Below are positions 30,181 to 40,152 of a stretch of DNA of 64,000 nucleotides, one piece after another. Source of the DNA: a bacterium (lineage in GTDB: Bacteria; Patescibacteriota; Minisyncoccia; Minisyncoccales; UBA10102); assembly GCA_030647485.1 (NCBI GenBank), contig JAUSJT010000004.1, positions 109,088-173,087 of the forward strand. Reading direction: 5' to 3'. Numbering within the stretch: the first letter of the stretch is position 1; each line of letters opens with the position of its first letter. The position numbers and the translations under genes were made by a program. The notes below the pieces were generated by a model. It saw only the letters and a program-made list of their open reading frames with translations. It searched no databases and had not been told where the DNA came from.

Positions 30181-32286
30181 ATGCCACGACAATATCCTAT
30201 TGAGAAATATCGGAACATTGGCATTATTGCCCATATTGACGCTGGGAAAACAACCACGACCGAGCGTATTTTGTTTTACACGGGCGTGTCGCACAAGATA
30301 GGGGACATTGATGAAGGAAACACGGTTATGGACTGGATGGTGCAGGAGCGAGAGCGGGGAATTACCATTACCTCGGCTGCTACCACATGCTTCTGGACTC
30401 CAACATATCTTCCAAAGACCAAAGAGAATGAATACCGAATTAATATCATTGATACTCCAGGACACATTGACTTTACCGTGGAAGTGCAGCGTTCCTTGAG
30501 GGTGCTGGACGGAGCCGTGGTGCTCTTTGACGGAGTAGCAGGAGTGGAACCCCAGTCTGAAACCGTATGGCGCCAGGCAGACAAGTTTGGGGTTCCCCGC
30601 ATGTGCTTTATCAACAAGCTAGACCGCATGGGAGCTTCATTTGAGAAGAGCTTAGATTCCATACTCCAAAAGCTTACTCCTAACGCGGTTGCTCTTCAAA
30701 TCCCCGTAGGGGAAGAAGAGAACTTTCAAGGAGTCATTGATCTCTTTTCAATGAAGCTTTTGGTGTTTGAGGGAGACTTTGGAGAAACGGTGACAGAAAA
30801 AGAAATTCCAGCAGACATGCAAGAGAAGGCAAAAGAATGGAGGAATAAAATGCTAGAGAAGATTGCAGCGGAAGACGAGCAATTATTGACCAAGTATTTG
30901 GAAGGCAAAGAATTAGACATACAGGCAGTGAAAGCGGTGTTGAGAAAAGCAACGCTCGCGAATAAGTTAGTTCCCGTGTTCACCGGGTCTTCCTTAAAGA
31001 ATAAAGGAGTGCAGCCCATGCTAGACGGCGTTGTCGCGTATCTTCCCAGCCCAGCTGATCTTCCTCCGGTAAAAGGCATTGACCCTAAAACTTCAGGGGA
31101 GATTGAGCGAAAGCCCTTAGACGCAGAACCTTTTTCTGCACTTGCTTTTAAGATTGCCACTGACCCATACGTTGGCACGCTTACATTCTTTCGATTGTAT
31201 TCAGGCAGTTTGCAGAAGGGTTCGTATGTTTTGAACGCTACCACAGGAGAAAAAGAAAGAATAAGCAGAATTTTGCAAATGCATGCGAACGAGAGAGAAG
31301 ACGTAGACGAGCTGTTTGCGGGAGACATTGCCGCAACCGTAGGATTGAAGAGCACAAGCACTGGCCACACGCTGTGCGACGAAAACCAGCCTATTGTTCT
31401 AGAACAGATTTCCTTTCCAGAGCCTGTTATTTCCGTACGCATTGAGCCTAACACCAAGGTAGATCAAGAAAAGATGGGTATGGCCTTGAAACGCTTGTCT
31501 GACGAAGACCCTACCTTTAGGATAAAGTCTGACATGGAGACAGGAGAAACTATTATTTCTGGCATGGGAGAACTGCACTTGGATATTATCGTAGACCGCA
31601 TGAAGCGGGAATTTGGGGTTTCCGCGAACGTGGGCAGGCCCCAGGTTGCGTACAAGGAAACCATTAAAGGTGAGGCAGAGGCAGAGGGAAAGTACATTCG
31701 CCAATCAGGGGGTAAGGGACAGTATGGCCACGTATACTTGAGGGTAGCTCCCAGGGAAAGGGGCCAGGGCTTTGAGTTCCTTAATGAGATTAGAGGAGGA
31801 ACAATACCTCAAGAATTCATTCCAGCAGTGGAAAAGGGAGTGAAGGAGGCCTTAGATAAAGGCGTACTCGCAGGGTATCCTTTGGTGGACCTTGAGGTTG
31901 CGCTCTTTGACGGATCATTCCACGATGTTGACTCTTCAGAGTTCGCCTTTAAGATAGCCGCATCCATGGCTCTTCAAGACGCAACAAAGAGAGCCAAGCT
32001 TATATTGCTAGAACCTATTATGAAATTAGAAGTGGTTATCCCTTCCCAGTTCTTGGGGGATACTATTGGAGATCTTTCTGCAAGGAGAGGGAGGATTGAG
32101 GAAACGTATGACCGCATGAATCTTAAGGTTATTGACGCTAAAATCCCATTGGCCGAGATGTTTGGATACGCAACCTCTTTGCGGTCTCTCACAGAAGGAA
32201 GGGGAACCTTTACCATGGAGTTTGACAAATACGAGGAGATACCCCAGAATATAACCACGGAGATTATAGAAGGGAAACGACGGTAA
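30181..32286 (+). CDS. fusA: elongation factor G
   Basis: [30 protein letters not shown]. Confidence 0.98.
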   Translation: MPRQYPIEKYRNIGIIAHIDAGKTTTTERILFYTGVSHKIGDIDEGNTVMDWMVQERERGITITSAATTCFWTPTYLPKTKENEYRINIIDTPGHIDFTVEVQRSLRVLDGAVVLFDGVAGVEPQSETVWRQADKFGVPRMCFINKLDRMGASFEKSLDSILQKLTPNAVALQIPVGEEENFQGVIDLFSMKLLVFEGDFGETVTEKEIPADMQEKAKEWRNKMLEKIAAEDEQLLTKYLEGKELDIQAVKAVLRKATLANKLVPVFTGSSLKNKGVQPMLDGVVAYLPSPADLPPVKGIDPKTSGEIERKPLDAEPFSALAFKIATDPYVGTLTFFRLYSGSLQKGSYVLNATTGEKERISRILQMHANEREDVDELFAGDIAATVGLKSTSTGHTLCDENQPIVLEQISFPEPVISVRIEPNTKVDQEKMGMALKRLSDEDPTFRIKSDMETGETIISGMGELHLDIIVDRMKREFGVSANVGRPQVAYKETIKGEAEAEGKYIRQSGGKGQYGHVYLRVAPRERGQGFEFLNEIRGGTIPQEFIPAVEKGVKEALDKGVLAGYPLVDLEVALFDGSFHDVDSSEFAFKIAASMALQDATKRAKLILLEPIMKLEVVIPSQFLGDTIGDLSARRGRIEETYDRMNLKVIDAKIPLAEMFGYATSLRSLTEGRGTFTMEFDKYEEIPQNITTEIIEGKRR

Positions 32287-32312
32287 TCCTTCGATAAACT
32301 CAGGATCAAGAT

Positions 32313-32522
32313 ATGGATTTCAACGAAATCAAGAATTTAATACAGCAGGAAGGCGGGAAAATCATTGTAGTGGAGAATGGGAAACCCGTTATGGTCGTCC
32401 TGTCTTTTGAAGACTTTAAGGCAAGGAATGCCAAGAAGGTACAGGCGCAAACTCCTGTTCCGTTTCCTCAAGAAGAGTTGCAGGGCGAGGAGGAATTGAC
32501 AATTGATGATTTGCCGCTATAA
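32313..32522 (+). CDS. small hypothetical protein, Phd/YefM-like N-terminus
   Basis: IIVVENGKPVMVVLSFEDF resembles the Phd/YefM fold; acidic tail. Confidence 0.6.
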   Translation: MDFNEIKNLIQQEGGKIIVVENGKPVMVVLSFEDFKARNAKKVQAQTPVPFPQEELQGEEELTIDDLPL

Positions 32523-32578
32523 TAGTAAACATTGCGTCGATATTAACAACTAATAACTACAAACTATAAACTAAATCT

Positions 32579-33772
32579 ATGGCAGAAAAATTCGACAGAA
32601 CAAAACCGCATATCAACATCGGCACCATTGGCCACGTTGATCACGGGAAAACTACCCTTTCTGCAGCCATTTTGCATGTGCTGAAGTTAAAGGGCATGAA
32701 TGTCACAGAGAAGTCTGTTGACCAGATAGACGCAGCTCCAGAAGAGAAGCAGAGAGGCATTACTATTAATATCTCGCATTTGGAGTATGAGACCGAGAAG
32801 CGCCACTATGCGCACATTGACGCTCCAGGACATGCAGACTATATCAAGAACATGATCACAGGAGCCGCTCAAATGGACGGCGCTATTTTGGTTGTTTCAG
32901 CTCCTGACGGCCCTATGCCTCAAACCAGAGAGCACATTCTCTTGGCTCGTCAAGTAGGGTTGCCTAATATCATAGTATTCTTAAACAAGTGCGATGCGGT
33001 GGATGACCCTGAAATCATTGATCTTGTAGAGTCTGAAGTCAGAGAGCTCTTAAAGAAGTATAACTTCCCAGGAGATACCACGCCTATTATCAGAGGATCT
33101 GCATTGAAAGCGTTGGAGGTGAAGTCCGCAGATGAGGAAGCCGCAAAGCCCATTCTAGAACTCATGAAGACGGTTGATGAATACTTCCCGCAACCGGTGA
33201 GAGAATTGGATAAGCCATTCTTAATGGCGGTGGAAGACGTCTTCTCTATTGAAGGGAGAGGAACCGTTGCAACAGGAAGAGTGGAACGAGGAATCGTAAA
33301 GGCAAACGAAGAAGTGGAATTGGTTGGATTAAAACCAACGTCCAAGACCGTTGCCGTGAGCATGGAAATGTTTAACAAGACCTTAGATCAGGCGCAAGCA
33401 GGAGACAATGTTGGTATTCTTTTAAGAGGAACAAAGAAAGAAGAGATTGAAAGGGGACAGGTGCTGGCAAAACCCGGAACTGTGACTCCTCACACCGAGT
33501 TTGACGCTGAAGTCTACATTCTTGCAAAAGAAGAAGGCGGAAGGCATACCCCGTTCTTTACCGGATACAAGCCACAGTTCTACTTTAGAACTACTGACGT
33601 GACAGGAGACGTTACCTTGTCTACGGGAGTAGAAATGGTTATGCCAGGGGATACAGTGAACGTGAAAGTAAAGCTTTTGGTGCCTATAGCCATGGAAGAG
33701 AAACAGAGATTTGCTATCCGTGAAGGAGGAAAGACAGTAGGAGCTGGAGTGGTTGCAAAGATCAACAACTAA
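32579..33772 (+). CDS. tuf: elongation factor Tu
   Basis: [24 protein letters not shown]. Confidence 0.98.
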   Translation: MAEKFDRTKPHINIGTIGHVDHGKTTLSAAILHVLKLKGMNVTEKSVDQIDAAPEEKQRGITINISHLEYETEKRHYAHIDAPGHADYIKNMITGAAQMDGAILVVSAPDGPMPQTREHILLARQVGLPNIIVFLNKCDAVDDPEIIDLVESEVRELLKKYNFPGDTTPIIRGSALKALEVKSADEEAAKPILELMKTVDEYFPQPVRELDKPFLMAVEDVFSIEGRGTVATGRVERGIVKANEEVELVGLKPTSKTVAVSMEMFNKTLDQAQAGDNVGILLRGTKKEEIERGQVLAKPGTVTPHTEFDAEVYILAKEEGGRHTPFFTGYKPQFYFRTTDVTGDVTLSTGVEMVMPGDTVNVKVKLLVPIAMEEKQRFAIREGGKTVGAGVVAKINN

Positions 33773-33800
33773 AAGAAAGAATAGCTCCTTCACACTTACA

Positions 33801-34145
33801 ATGCCCGCAAAAAAAGCAGTCATGGAAAAAGAGGCCCCAGTTCAGCCCAAGATCCGCATTCGGATTTCTGCCTATGACCATAAGGTTATAGACGCATCGT
33901 GCAAGCAAATCATAGACACGGTGGTGCGCCAGGGATGCGAGCTGTTGGGTCCCATACCTTTGCCCACCGAGATACGAAAGTACACGGTGAACAGGTCTTC
34001 TTTTGTCCATAAAGACGCGAGGGAGCAGTATGAAATGCGGGTGCACAAAAGATTGATTGACATACTTTCTCCTAACCCCAAGGTGATAGACGCTTTAACA
34101 AATCTGAACTTGCCTGCGGGAGTGGATATTGAAATCAAAATGTAG
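33801..34145 (+). CDS. rpsJ: 30S ribosomal protein S10
   Basis: [26 protein letters not shown]. Confidence 0.96.
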   Translation: MPAKKAVMEKEAPVQPKIRIRISAYDHKVIDASCKQIIDTVVRQGCELLGPIPLPTEIRKYTVNRSSFVHKDAREQYEMRVHKRLIDILSPNPKVIDALTNLNLPAGVDIEIKM

Positions 34146-34193
34146 TGTAACTTAGCTTAGTTAAGTTATCCACACCTTAGTGAGATTAAGGAG

Positions 34194-34229
34194 CCAAAGA
34201 ACCGCCACGGAGGCGGTTTTTGGTATAGT
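34194..34229 (+). repeat. direct repeat copy A (terminator hairpin) left of MerR/STAS cassette
   Basis: ccaaagaaccgccacggaggcggtttt identical to 35330-35356. Confidence 0.85.
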
Positions 34230-34240
34230 AGGCCTAAATC

Positions 34241-34289
34241 TGCATAGTTTTAGTATATACTTGCATAGTTTCTAGGATTATGTTAAGCT
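34241..34289 (+). promoter_or_regulatory. promoter/operator of MerR-HATPase gene
   Basis: TGCATAGTTT twice, 21 nt apart, around palindrome AGTATATACT; TTGCAT-17-TAAGCT; ATG 6 nt downstream. Confidence 0.55.
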
Positions 34290-34295
34290 AGCAAT

Positions 34296-35015
34296 ATGAA
34301 CGGAAAACTTTTAAATATAAGGGAAGCTACCAAATTTCTTGGAGTTTCCGTTGATACGCTTAGACGCTGGGATAAAAGCGGCAAGTTAGTTGCGGTTAGA
34401 AAACCTGGGGGAACCCATCGCTATTACGCAATAAAGGATTTGGAGATGTTTTCCAGTGACTTGATAAAGCTTGCGAATGAGTGGGCGCTTTCTGGAAAAG
34501 AAATATCGCCGGATTTATATTGCTCCAATAGCGCGGTTTTCCAGACAAAATTGATGAGAATGCAAGATGAGATGCTTGTCCTCGGAAAGGAGCGGGGGTT
34601 GGTTTCACTTATGGGCGCCGTTGCAGGAGAAATCGGCAATAACTCGTATGATCACAACTTGGGAAATTGGCCAGATGTGCCCGGAGTGTTTTTTGGTTAT
34701 GATATTCAAAAGGGCACAATCGTACTTGCTGACAGGGGATTAGGTATTTTAAAAACTTTGAGCAGGGTGAAACCTTCGCTCATCTCTCATGAGGAAGCTG
34801 TTAGAGCGGCATTTACTGAAACAATCTCGGGGCGCGCGCCAGAGAAACGGGGTAACGGTTTGAAGTTTGTTCGCAAGATTATTGCTCAAAATCCCATTAG
34901 TCTGTCTTTCCAGACTGGGGACGTGGAATTGCAAATAGAAAAAGAGAGCGGTGATCTGCGCATTGTAAAAACAAAAGACAAAATCCAGGGATGTCTTGCA
35001 ATAATCAAATTCTAA
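34296..35015 (+). CDS. MerR-type HTH fused to HATPase (anti-sigma-kinase-like) domain
   Basis: I.EA..LGVS..TLRRWD..G.L...R..G.HR.Y; EI.NN..DH, D.GLGI, RG.GL boxes. Confidence 0.8.
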   Translation: MNGKLLNIREATKFLGVSVDTLRRWDKSGKLVAVRKPGGTHRYYAIKDLEMFSSDLIKLANEWALSGKEISPDLYCSNSAVFQTKLMRMQDEMLVLGKERGLVSLMGAVAGEIGNNSYDHNLGNWPDVPGVFFGYDIQKGTIVLADRGLGILKTLSRVKPSLISHEEAVRAAFTETISGRAPEKRGNGLKFVRKIIAQNPISLSFQTGDVELQIEKESGDLRIVKTKDKIQGCLAIIKF

Positions 35016-35025
35016 CTACGATTCT

Positions 35026-35286
35026 ATGATCATCAAACTTAGTAAATTTGGGACTACTCTCGTATCCAGACAAGCCGGGCGGGAAGCTTGGGCTGCTTTT
35101 CAACCAGCCCTGCAATCCGTTGGCCTTAAAGAAAACATTGAAGTTAGTTTTGATGAAGTTTTGACTCTTTCTCCTTCTTGGGCAGACGAGTTTATTACGT
35201 TGCTCAAAAAAGAGTATGGCAGCCGAGTTGTTTTACGCGCAAGCGGTAATCCTTCTGTGAAAGCAACGTTGGATATCCTTGAGTGA
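35026..35286 (+). CDS. STAS-like protein (DUF4325-like)
   Basis: L.SR..G, ..F..V..LSPSWADEF motif. Confidence 0.7.
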   Translation: MIIKLSKFGTTLVSRQAGREAWAAFQPALQSVGLKENIEVSFDEVLTLSPSWADEFITLLKKEYGSRVVLRASGNPSVKATLDILE

Positions 35287-35329
35287 AAATAGGGTTAGTC
35301 TTATTCATGCCTTGGCGAGACCCAAGAAT

Positions 35330-35365
35330 CCAAAGAACCGCCACGGAGGCGGTTTTGGGTAGAGT
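35330..35365 (+). repeat. direct repeat copy B right of MerR/STAS cassette
   Basis: Matches 34194-34229 at 34 of 36 positions. Confidence 0.85.
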
Positions 35366-35473
35366 GATCATGGGGTATTGAACCATGGTACGAACTTGAC
35401 ATTTTGGAGATTTTTAGTATTATACTATAGTTCAATAAGTTGGCAGTCCATTAGTATCAATAGGAGGTGACAC

Positions 35474-35734
35474 GTGGCTAAGCAGATGGCGATTATCAGG
35501 GATGTTCAATGGTCCCCCAACGATGAGCGGAATCCTGGTTTGCGTCTCAACGTGGCCCTCTATGAGGCTAGCGGAACACATCTCACTATTCCTCCGCATG
35601 AAACGTGGAGTCTCTTCCAGAGCTACGAGCTTATCTCTCCTGAGGGTATCCGTTTCGCAGATCTCAATGGTAAGCCCGTATGGGTTGAGGAAGAGGATGG
35701 GATTATTAGGTTCATAGGTCCTTGTGTTGTCTAA
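35474..35734 (+). CDS. hypothetical protein
   Basis: GTG start after AGGAGG; TTGACA at 35396; terminator hairpin 35757-35789. Confidence 0.55.
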   Translation: MAKQMAIIRDVQWSPNDERNPGLRLNVALYEASGTHLTIPPHETWSLFQSYELISPEGIRFADLNGKPVWVEEEDGIIRFIGPCVV

Positions 35735-35793
35735 TTCAAGGGTTCCGTAATAAAGTCCTCCAAGGCGCATGCCAAGGAGGTTTTTCTTTCCTG

Positions 35794-35822
35794 TTGACAT
35801 TTGTTTTAGGGTAGGGTACACT
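35794..35822 (+). promoter_or_regulatory. promoter for rplC-led operon
   Basis: TTGACA-17 nt-TACACT, followed by a ~100-nt structured leader. Confidence 0.65.
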
Positions 35823-35925
35823 GGTTGGTATGAGGATAAGGAGCGTCACCTCATAAAAAACACAGAAAGAGTACTACCCGTGAAATACACGAGGGTTGGT
35901 ACCCTCGTTTTTGTTGGAAAAGAAC

Positions 35926-36519
35926 ATGAAAGCGATTCTCGGAAAAAAGATAGGCATGACCCAGATGTTCCAAAATGATAAGGTTATACCCGTAACCCTT
36001 ATTGAAGCTGGTCCATGCAAGGTGATAGACAGAAAGACTGTCGCTCGTGACGGATACGAAGCCTTGCAGGTAGGGTATGAGGCATTACCCGATAAGAGGA
36101 AATTGAAATCCCAGAAAGGAAAAGAGTTTAGATACGTGCGTGAGTTTCCCGTGTCCGCAGGAGATACAATCTTGGAGGCGCAAGACCTTACCGTTGCCTT
36201 ATTCCAGGAGGGAGACGTAGTGAAGGTTTCTGGAACCTCAAAAGGAAAGGGATATGCTGGCGCAGTAAAGAAATGGGGGGTTCATGGAAGGGGCGCAAGC
36301 CATGGAATGAAACATGAGGAACGCACCATTGGGTCTATTGGTACATCTTTCCCAGAACGGGTTACTCCTGGCAAGAAAATGGCAGGGCGCATGGGATCTG
36401 ACCGGGTAACGTTAAAAAGCGTGAAAATCGTGAAAATAGATCCAGAGAACAATATGTTAATAGTCCGCGGAGCAATTCCCGGACGGCCAGGGACGCTGTT
36501 GGAAATTAGAACCGTATAA
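35926..36519 (+). CDS. rplC: 50S ribosomal protein L3
   Basis: G.KIGMTQ, PVT.I, G.SKGKG, GKKMAGRMG. Confidence 0.97.
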   Translation: MKAILGKKIGMTQMFQNDKVIPVTLIEAGPCKVIDRKTVARDGYEALQVGYEALPDKRKLKSQKGKEFRYVREFPVSAGDTILEAQDLTVALFQEGDVVKVSGTSKGKGYAGAVKKWGVHGRGASHGMKHEERTIGSIGTSFPERVTPGKKMAGRMGSDRVTLKSVKIVKIDPENNMLIVRGAIPGRPGTLLEIRTV

Positions 36520-36521
36520 CC

Positions 36522-37154
36522 ATGAAAGTTCAAGCATACAGCCAAGAGGGAAAGAAGTTAGAAGAGGTTGCGTTGCCTTCTGCCGTTTTTGATATCCCTT
36601 GGAACGCTGACCTTGTCCATCAGGTTGTAGTTTCCCAGCAGTCCAACAGGAGAGTGGTGAGGGCGAATACGAAAGGAAGGGGAGAGGTAAGAGGTGGAGG
36701 AAAGAAGCCATGGGCGCAAAAACATACAGGCCGTGCTCGCCATGGCAGCATACGTTCTCCTTTATGGAAAGGAGGAGGAGTAACATTTGGCCCTACCAAA
36801 GAGCGGGTGTTTACAAAGAAAATAAACAAAAAGATGAGGATAGGCGCGCTTTTCGCGCTGCTTTCTGCAAAAGCGAGAGAGAATGCTCTTGTGGTGTTAG
36901 ACACCCTTGAAGTTGCAGGACGCAAGACAAAAACCTTGAAAGGGATGTTTACTAAACTGCCTTCAGATACAAGGCCCACCTTGCTTGTCCTGCCTTCTAT
37001 GGAGCGCAATCTTATTTCTGCCGCGTCAAATATCCCATTCGTGCAGACCATACAGGCAAAGGATTTGAACGCATTGGATGTAGCAACCTATCAATACTTG
37101 GTACTGCCTCAAAAGTCCATTGAGGTTATTGAAAAAACATTCCATAAGGCATAA
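36522..37154 (+). CDS. rplD: 50S ribosomal protein L4
   Basis: R.EVRGGGKKPW.QK.TGRAR.GS.RSP. Confidence 0.97.
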   Translation: MKVQAYSQEGKKLEEVALPSAVFDIPWNADLVHQVVVSQQSNRRVVRANTKGRGEVRGGGKKPWAQKHTGRARHGSIRSPLWKGGGVTFGPTKERVFTKKINKKMRIGALFALLSAKARENALVVLDTLEVAGRKTKTLKGMFTKLPSDTRPTLLVLPSMERNLISAASNIPFVQTIQAKDLNALDVATYQYLVLPQKSIEVIEKTFHKA

Positions 37155-37156
37155 TC

Positions 37157-37555
37157 ATGGCATTCAATATTTTTAAAAAGAAAGAGGAGGTAAAGAAAAC
37201 TCCTATCAAGAAACAAGAGGAGACAAAAGCAGTTGTCGTGAAGACTGCTAGTGCTCCTGCGAAGAAAGAGAAACGGAAGATATCTTCTTTTGCTCTTTCT
37301 CTGCCGCATATCACCGAAAAGGCAGGCATGCTCCAAGCACAGAATCAGTATGTGTTCAGGGTTGTCCCCGGATCAACGAAGTATGGGGTAAGGGATTCTG
37401 TAGAGGCGCAGTATGGCGTTGAGGTTGAGAAAGTGCGCATGATCACTGTTTCTTCAAAGTCCATTCGGGTTGGCAAAAGAATGGGGAAAAGGCCAGGGTA
37501 CAAAAAAGCGGTGATTACCCTCGCAGAGGGGCATAAGATAGAAATAGGCGCGTAA
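37157..37555 (+). CDS. rplW: 50S ribosomal protein L23 with N-terminal extension
   Basis: P.ITEKA, Y.F.V, YKKAVITL. Confidence 0.92.
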   Translation: MAFNIFKKKEEVKKTPIKKQEETKAVVVKTASAPAKKEKRKISSFALSLPHITEKAGMLQAQNQYVFRVVPGSTKYGVRDSVEAQYGVEVEKVRMITVSSKSIRVGKRMGKRPGYKKAVITLAEGHKIEIGA

Positions 37556-37559
37556 TACC

Positions 37560-38345
37560 ATGAAGACCGTCTTGTCAAAAAAAGAGCCAGAGAGATCTTT
37601 GCTCATATCTATTAGCAAAACCGGAGGGCGAGGGTCTTCAGGCCGCATTACCTCATGGCAGAAAGGAGGAGGAATGCGCCAGATGTACCGCATGGTAGAT
37701 TTTGGCCAAGAGCATATGGGTGTTAAAGGAAAAGTTCTTGCTCTTGAGTATGACCCTTATAGAAATGCATTTATTATTTTGATTCAGTATGAAGACGCAA
37801 AGAAAGGATATCTTGTAGCTCCCGATGGGATTACAGTAGGAGATGAGATTGTATGTCAGGAAAAGGCAGAGATAAAACCAGGGAATAGGATGCTGTTGGA
37901 GAATATTCCCATTGGTACTGTGGTGTATAATGTTGAGCTGGATCCAGGACGCGGAGGAAAACTCGTGCGGGGAGCTGGGGTAGGAGCACGTGTGCTTGCT
38001 CTTGAAGGAGGGTATGTGCATTTGCAGCTTCCTTCCACGGAAATTAGGAAGGTTCCTGCAAAGTGTTTTGCAAGCATTGGCATGGTGTCTAATCCAGGGT
38101 TTATGTATGAAAAAGACCACAAGGCAGGCACCACAAGATGGAAAGGAGTGAGGCCTCATGTGCGAGGCACGGTAATGAACCCAGTTGATCATCCTCATGG
38201 AGGGGGAGAAGGACGCCAGCCCTTGGGCATGCATCCTAAAACTCCTTGGGGCAAACCAGCGTTTGGAGTCAAAACAAGAAACAAGAAGAAATGGAGCACC
38301 AAGCTTATTCTGCAAAGGCGAGCCAAAAAGAAAAAGACCGCATAA
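37560..38345 (+). CDS. rplB: 50S ribosomal protein L2 (short N-terminus)
   Basis: EYDP.R.A.I, RG..MNPVDHPHGGGEGR. Confidence 0.97.
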   Translation: MKTVLSKKEPERSLLISISKTGGRGSSGRITSWQKGGGMRQMYRMVDFGQEHMGVKGKVLALEYDPYRNAFIILIQYEDAKKGYLVAPDGITVGDEIVCQEKAEIKPGNRMLLENIPIGTVVYNVELDPGRGGKLVRGAGVGARVLALEGGYVHLQLPSTEIRKVPAKCFASIGMVSNPGFMYEKDHKAGTTRWKGVRPHVRGTVMNPVDHPHGGGEGRQPLGMHPKTPWGKPAFGVKTRNKKKWSTKLILQRRAKKKKTA

Positions 38346-38348
38346 CCT

Positions 38349-38747
38349 ATGACACGTTCACTTAAAAAAGGCCCATTTATTGACGAGAATCTTTTAAAGA
38401 AGATTCAAGGAACAAAACCCTTAGGGAAAGCCCCGGTAAATACCTGGTCTCGAAGGGCGACCATCACCCCTGAAATGGTGGGGTTTACCTTTGGAGTATA
38501 CAATGGAAAACAATTTATTCCAGTGCTGGTGGCAGAAGATATGGTGGGGCATAAGCTAGGAGAATTTTCTCCTACCACAAAGTTTGTACGGCATGGAGGA
38601 AGAATGCAGAAAGACATAGAACAGGGAGCAACAGCAGCTGCGGCTCCAGGAGCCGTTAGCGCACCCGCCTCCGCTGGACCTGCCCGTCCGGCAGGCGGGG
38701 CTACGGCGGGCAAGGCAGGGAAAACAGAGAAACCAACAGCGAAATAG
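38349..38747 (+). CDS. rpsS: 30S ribosomal protein S19 with C-terminal extension
   Basis: [24 protein letters not shown]. Confidence 0.96.
   Translation: MTRSLKKGPFIDENLLKKIQGTKPLGKAPVNTWSRRATITPEMVGFTFGVYNGKQFIPVLVAEDMVGHKLGEFSPTTKFVRHGGRMQKDIEQGATAAAAPGAVSAPASAGPARPAGGATAGKAGKTEKPTAK
38664..38714 (+). repeat. palindromic element in frame in rpsS tail, with nested hairpin
   Basis: cccgcctccgct...gctacggcgggcaag (as in atpD) containing cctgcc-cgtcc-ggcagg. Confidence 0.7.
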
Positions 38748-38749
38748 CC

Positions 38750-38910
38750 TATGCCCCGTATGAAATTTACAAAGGTCTATACACGCGAAGCGCGAGGGGC
38801 GAATAGCCCCATCCTTTCATGGGCGCAGCGCTTCGCCAATGACAGCATGCACCTATTCGGTGCGCGCGCTGCGCTTTATAATAATATGGTAAATTTCTAA
38901 CGGGGTATGC
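38750..38910 (+). mobile_element. start-codon element copy 2 before rplV
   Basis: TATGCCCCGT...ACGGGGTATGC; 156 nt between ATG 38751 and ATG 38907. Confidence 0.8.
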
Positions 38911-39419
38911 AAACATTGATGAGGTTACAACGAATACGAATTGCGCCCAGAAAGATGAGAATGGTTATTGATCTGGTGCGAGGAAAGAAAGTTGCTCTTG
39001 CAAGGGATGTGTTGCGTTTTAAGACAAACAAGGGAGCTAGGATTCTTTCAAAGCTTCTAGACTCTGCGATTGCGACAGCCAAGTCATTGGGACAGGGAGA
39101 CGAGTCAAATCTTATGGTATTGAAAATAGCAGTGGACGAGGGTCCAAAGTTAAAACGCTGGAGAGCTCGGGCTAAAGGATCAGCCTATGAAATCCAAAAG
39201 AAAGTTTCTCACATTACGCTTATCTTAGACGAGGTGAAGGGTGCAAAATCCGCATCAGTATCCAGGAAAGAGATAAAAACAGGACAAGAAGCTGTGAAGA
39301 AAGATCAAGTTGCGATAAAGACAGAAAAGCCTAAGTTTAAGGCTGTATCTAGCGAGCTCAAGACTTCAAGGACTGAAAAAGGAGTTCAGAGATTCTTTAG
39401 GAAATCAGGAGAAAAGTAG
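38907..39419 (+). CDS. rplV: 50S ribosomal protein L22 with C-terminal extension
   Basis: RIAPRK.R.V.DLVRG, VDEGP.LKR...RA.G, SHIT. Confidence 0.96.
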   Translation: MQTLMRLQRIRIAPRKMRMVIDLVRGKKVALARDVLRFKTNKGARILSKLLDSAIATAKSLGQGDESNLMVLKIAVDEGPKLKRWRARAKGSAYEIQKKVSHITLILDEVKGAKSASVSRKEIKTGQEAVKKDQVAIKTEKPKFKAVSSELKTSRTEKGVQRFFRKSGEK

Positions 39420-39509
39420 TTTAATGATGGAATGTAGAAATGTTAGACTGTTGGAATGAACATTCTAACATTCTGACAAAGCGAATCGTTCAAACATTCA
39501 AACATAGCA

Positions 39510-40151
39510 ATGGCACACAAAGTACACCCAAAAGCATTTCGCATGAAAGAGATGAAGGACTGGAGTTCCCGATGGATTGAGAAAAAGAATTATGCAAAAA
39601 CCCTGCAGGAAGATTTTGTGATCCGCGAGTTTCTTCTTAAGAAATTGAAAGAAGCAAGCGTTGAGAGCATTGATATTGAACGCATTCTTGGTAAAATCAT
39701 GGTTATTGTGACTTCGGGAAGGCCTGGTTTGATCATAGGCCGCGCAGGAGCTGGCATTGAAATCCTGCGAAAATCTATTGAGGGCATTGTAGGAAAAGCA
39801 AAGGCAAAAGAAGTACGGCTGGAGGTTCGCGAGATAAAAAACCCATGGGAGTCCGCAACCCTTACCGCGCAGTTCGTGGCCCAGCAGCTAGAGAAGCGCA
39901 TGCCTCCCAGAAGGGTGTTAAAGCAGACCTTGCAAAAGGCCATGGCAACCAAGGGCATAGAGGGTGTGAAGGTGGAGATTGCAGGCCGCTTGGGAGGAGC
40001 TGAGATAGCAAGACGCGAATGGCTGAAATTGGGCCGACTTCCGCTTGCAACATTGAGAGCCAGGATTGATTACGGTTTTGCAGAGGCCTTAACTACTTTT
40101 GGGACCATAGGAGTGAAAGTTTGGATGTTTAAGGGTGAAGAATTCAAGTAA
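39510..40151 (+). CDS. rpsC: 30S ribosomal protein S3
   Basis: HKVHP..FR, RPGLIIGR, GRLGGAEIAR, G.IGVKVW. Confidence 0.97.
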   Translation: MAHKVHPKAFRMKEMKDWSSRWIEKKNYAKTLQEDFVIREFLLKKLKEASVESIDIERILGKIMVIVTSGRPGLIIGRAGAGIEILRKSIEGIVGKAKAKEVRLEVREIKNPWESATLTAQFVAQQLEKRMPPRRVLKQTLQKAMATKGIEGVKVEIAGRLGGAEIARREWLKLGRLPLATLRARIDYGFAEALTTFGTIGVKVWMFKGEEFK

Positions 40152-40152
40152 T

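Noticed and set aside
29840..30257. Short ORFs in the rpsG-fusA spacer
   Set aside because: No recognisable domains, poor starts; the region is better explained by nucleic-acid structure.
34166..34174. Perfect DnaA box TTATCCACA (another at 25225-25233) as a replication origin
   Set aside because: Isolated single boxes; no cluster, DUE or dnaA/dnaN nearby.
35432..35821. 129-aa minus-strand ORF
   Set aside because: The plus-strand 86-aa ORF has a promoter, an SD and a terminator; the minus ORF runs through the rplC promoter.
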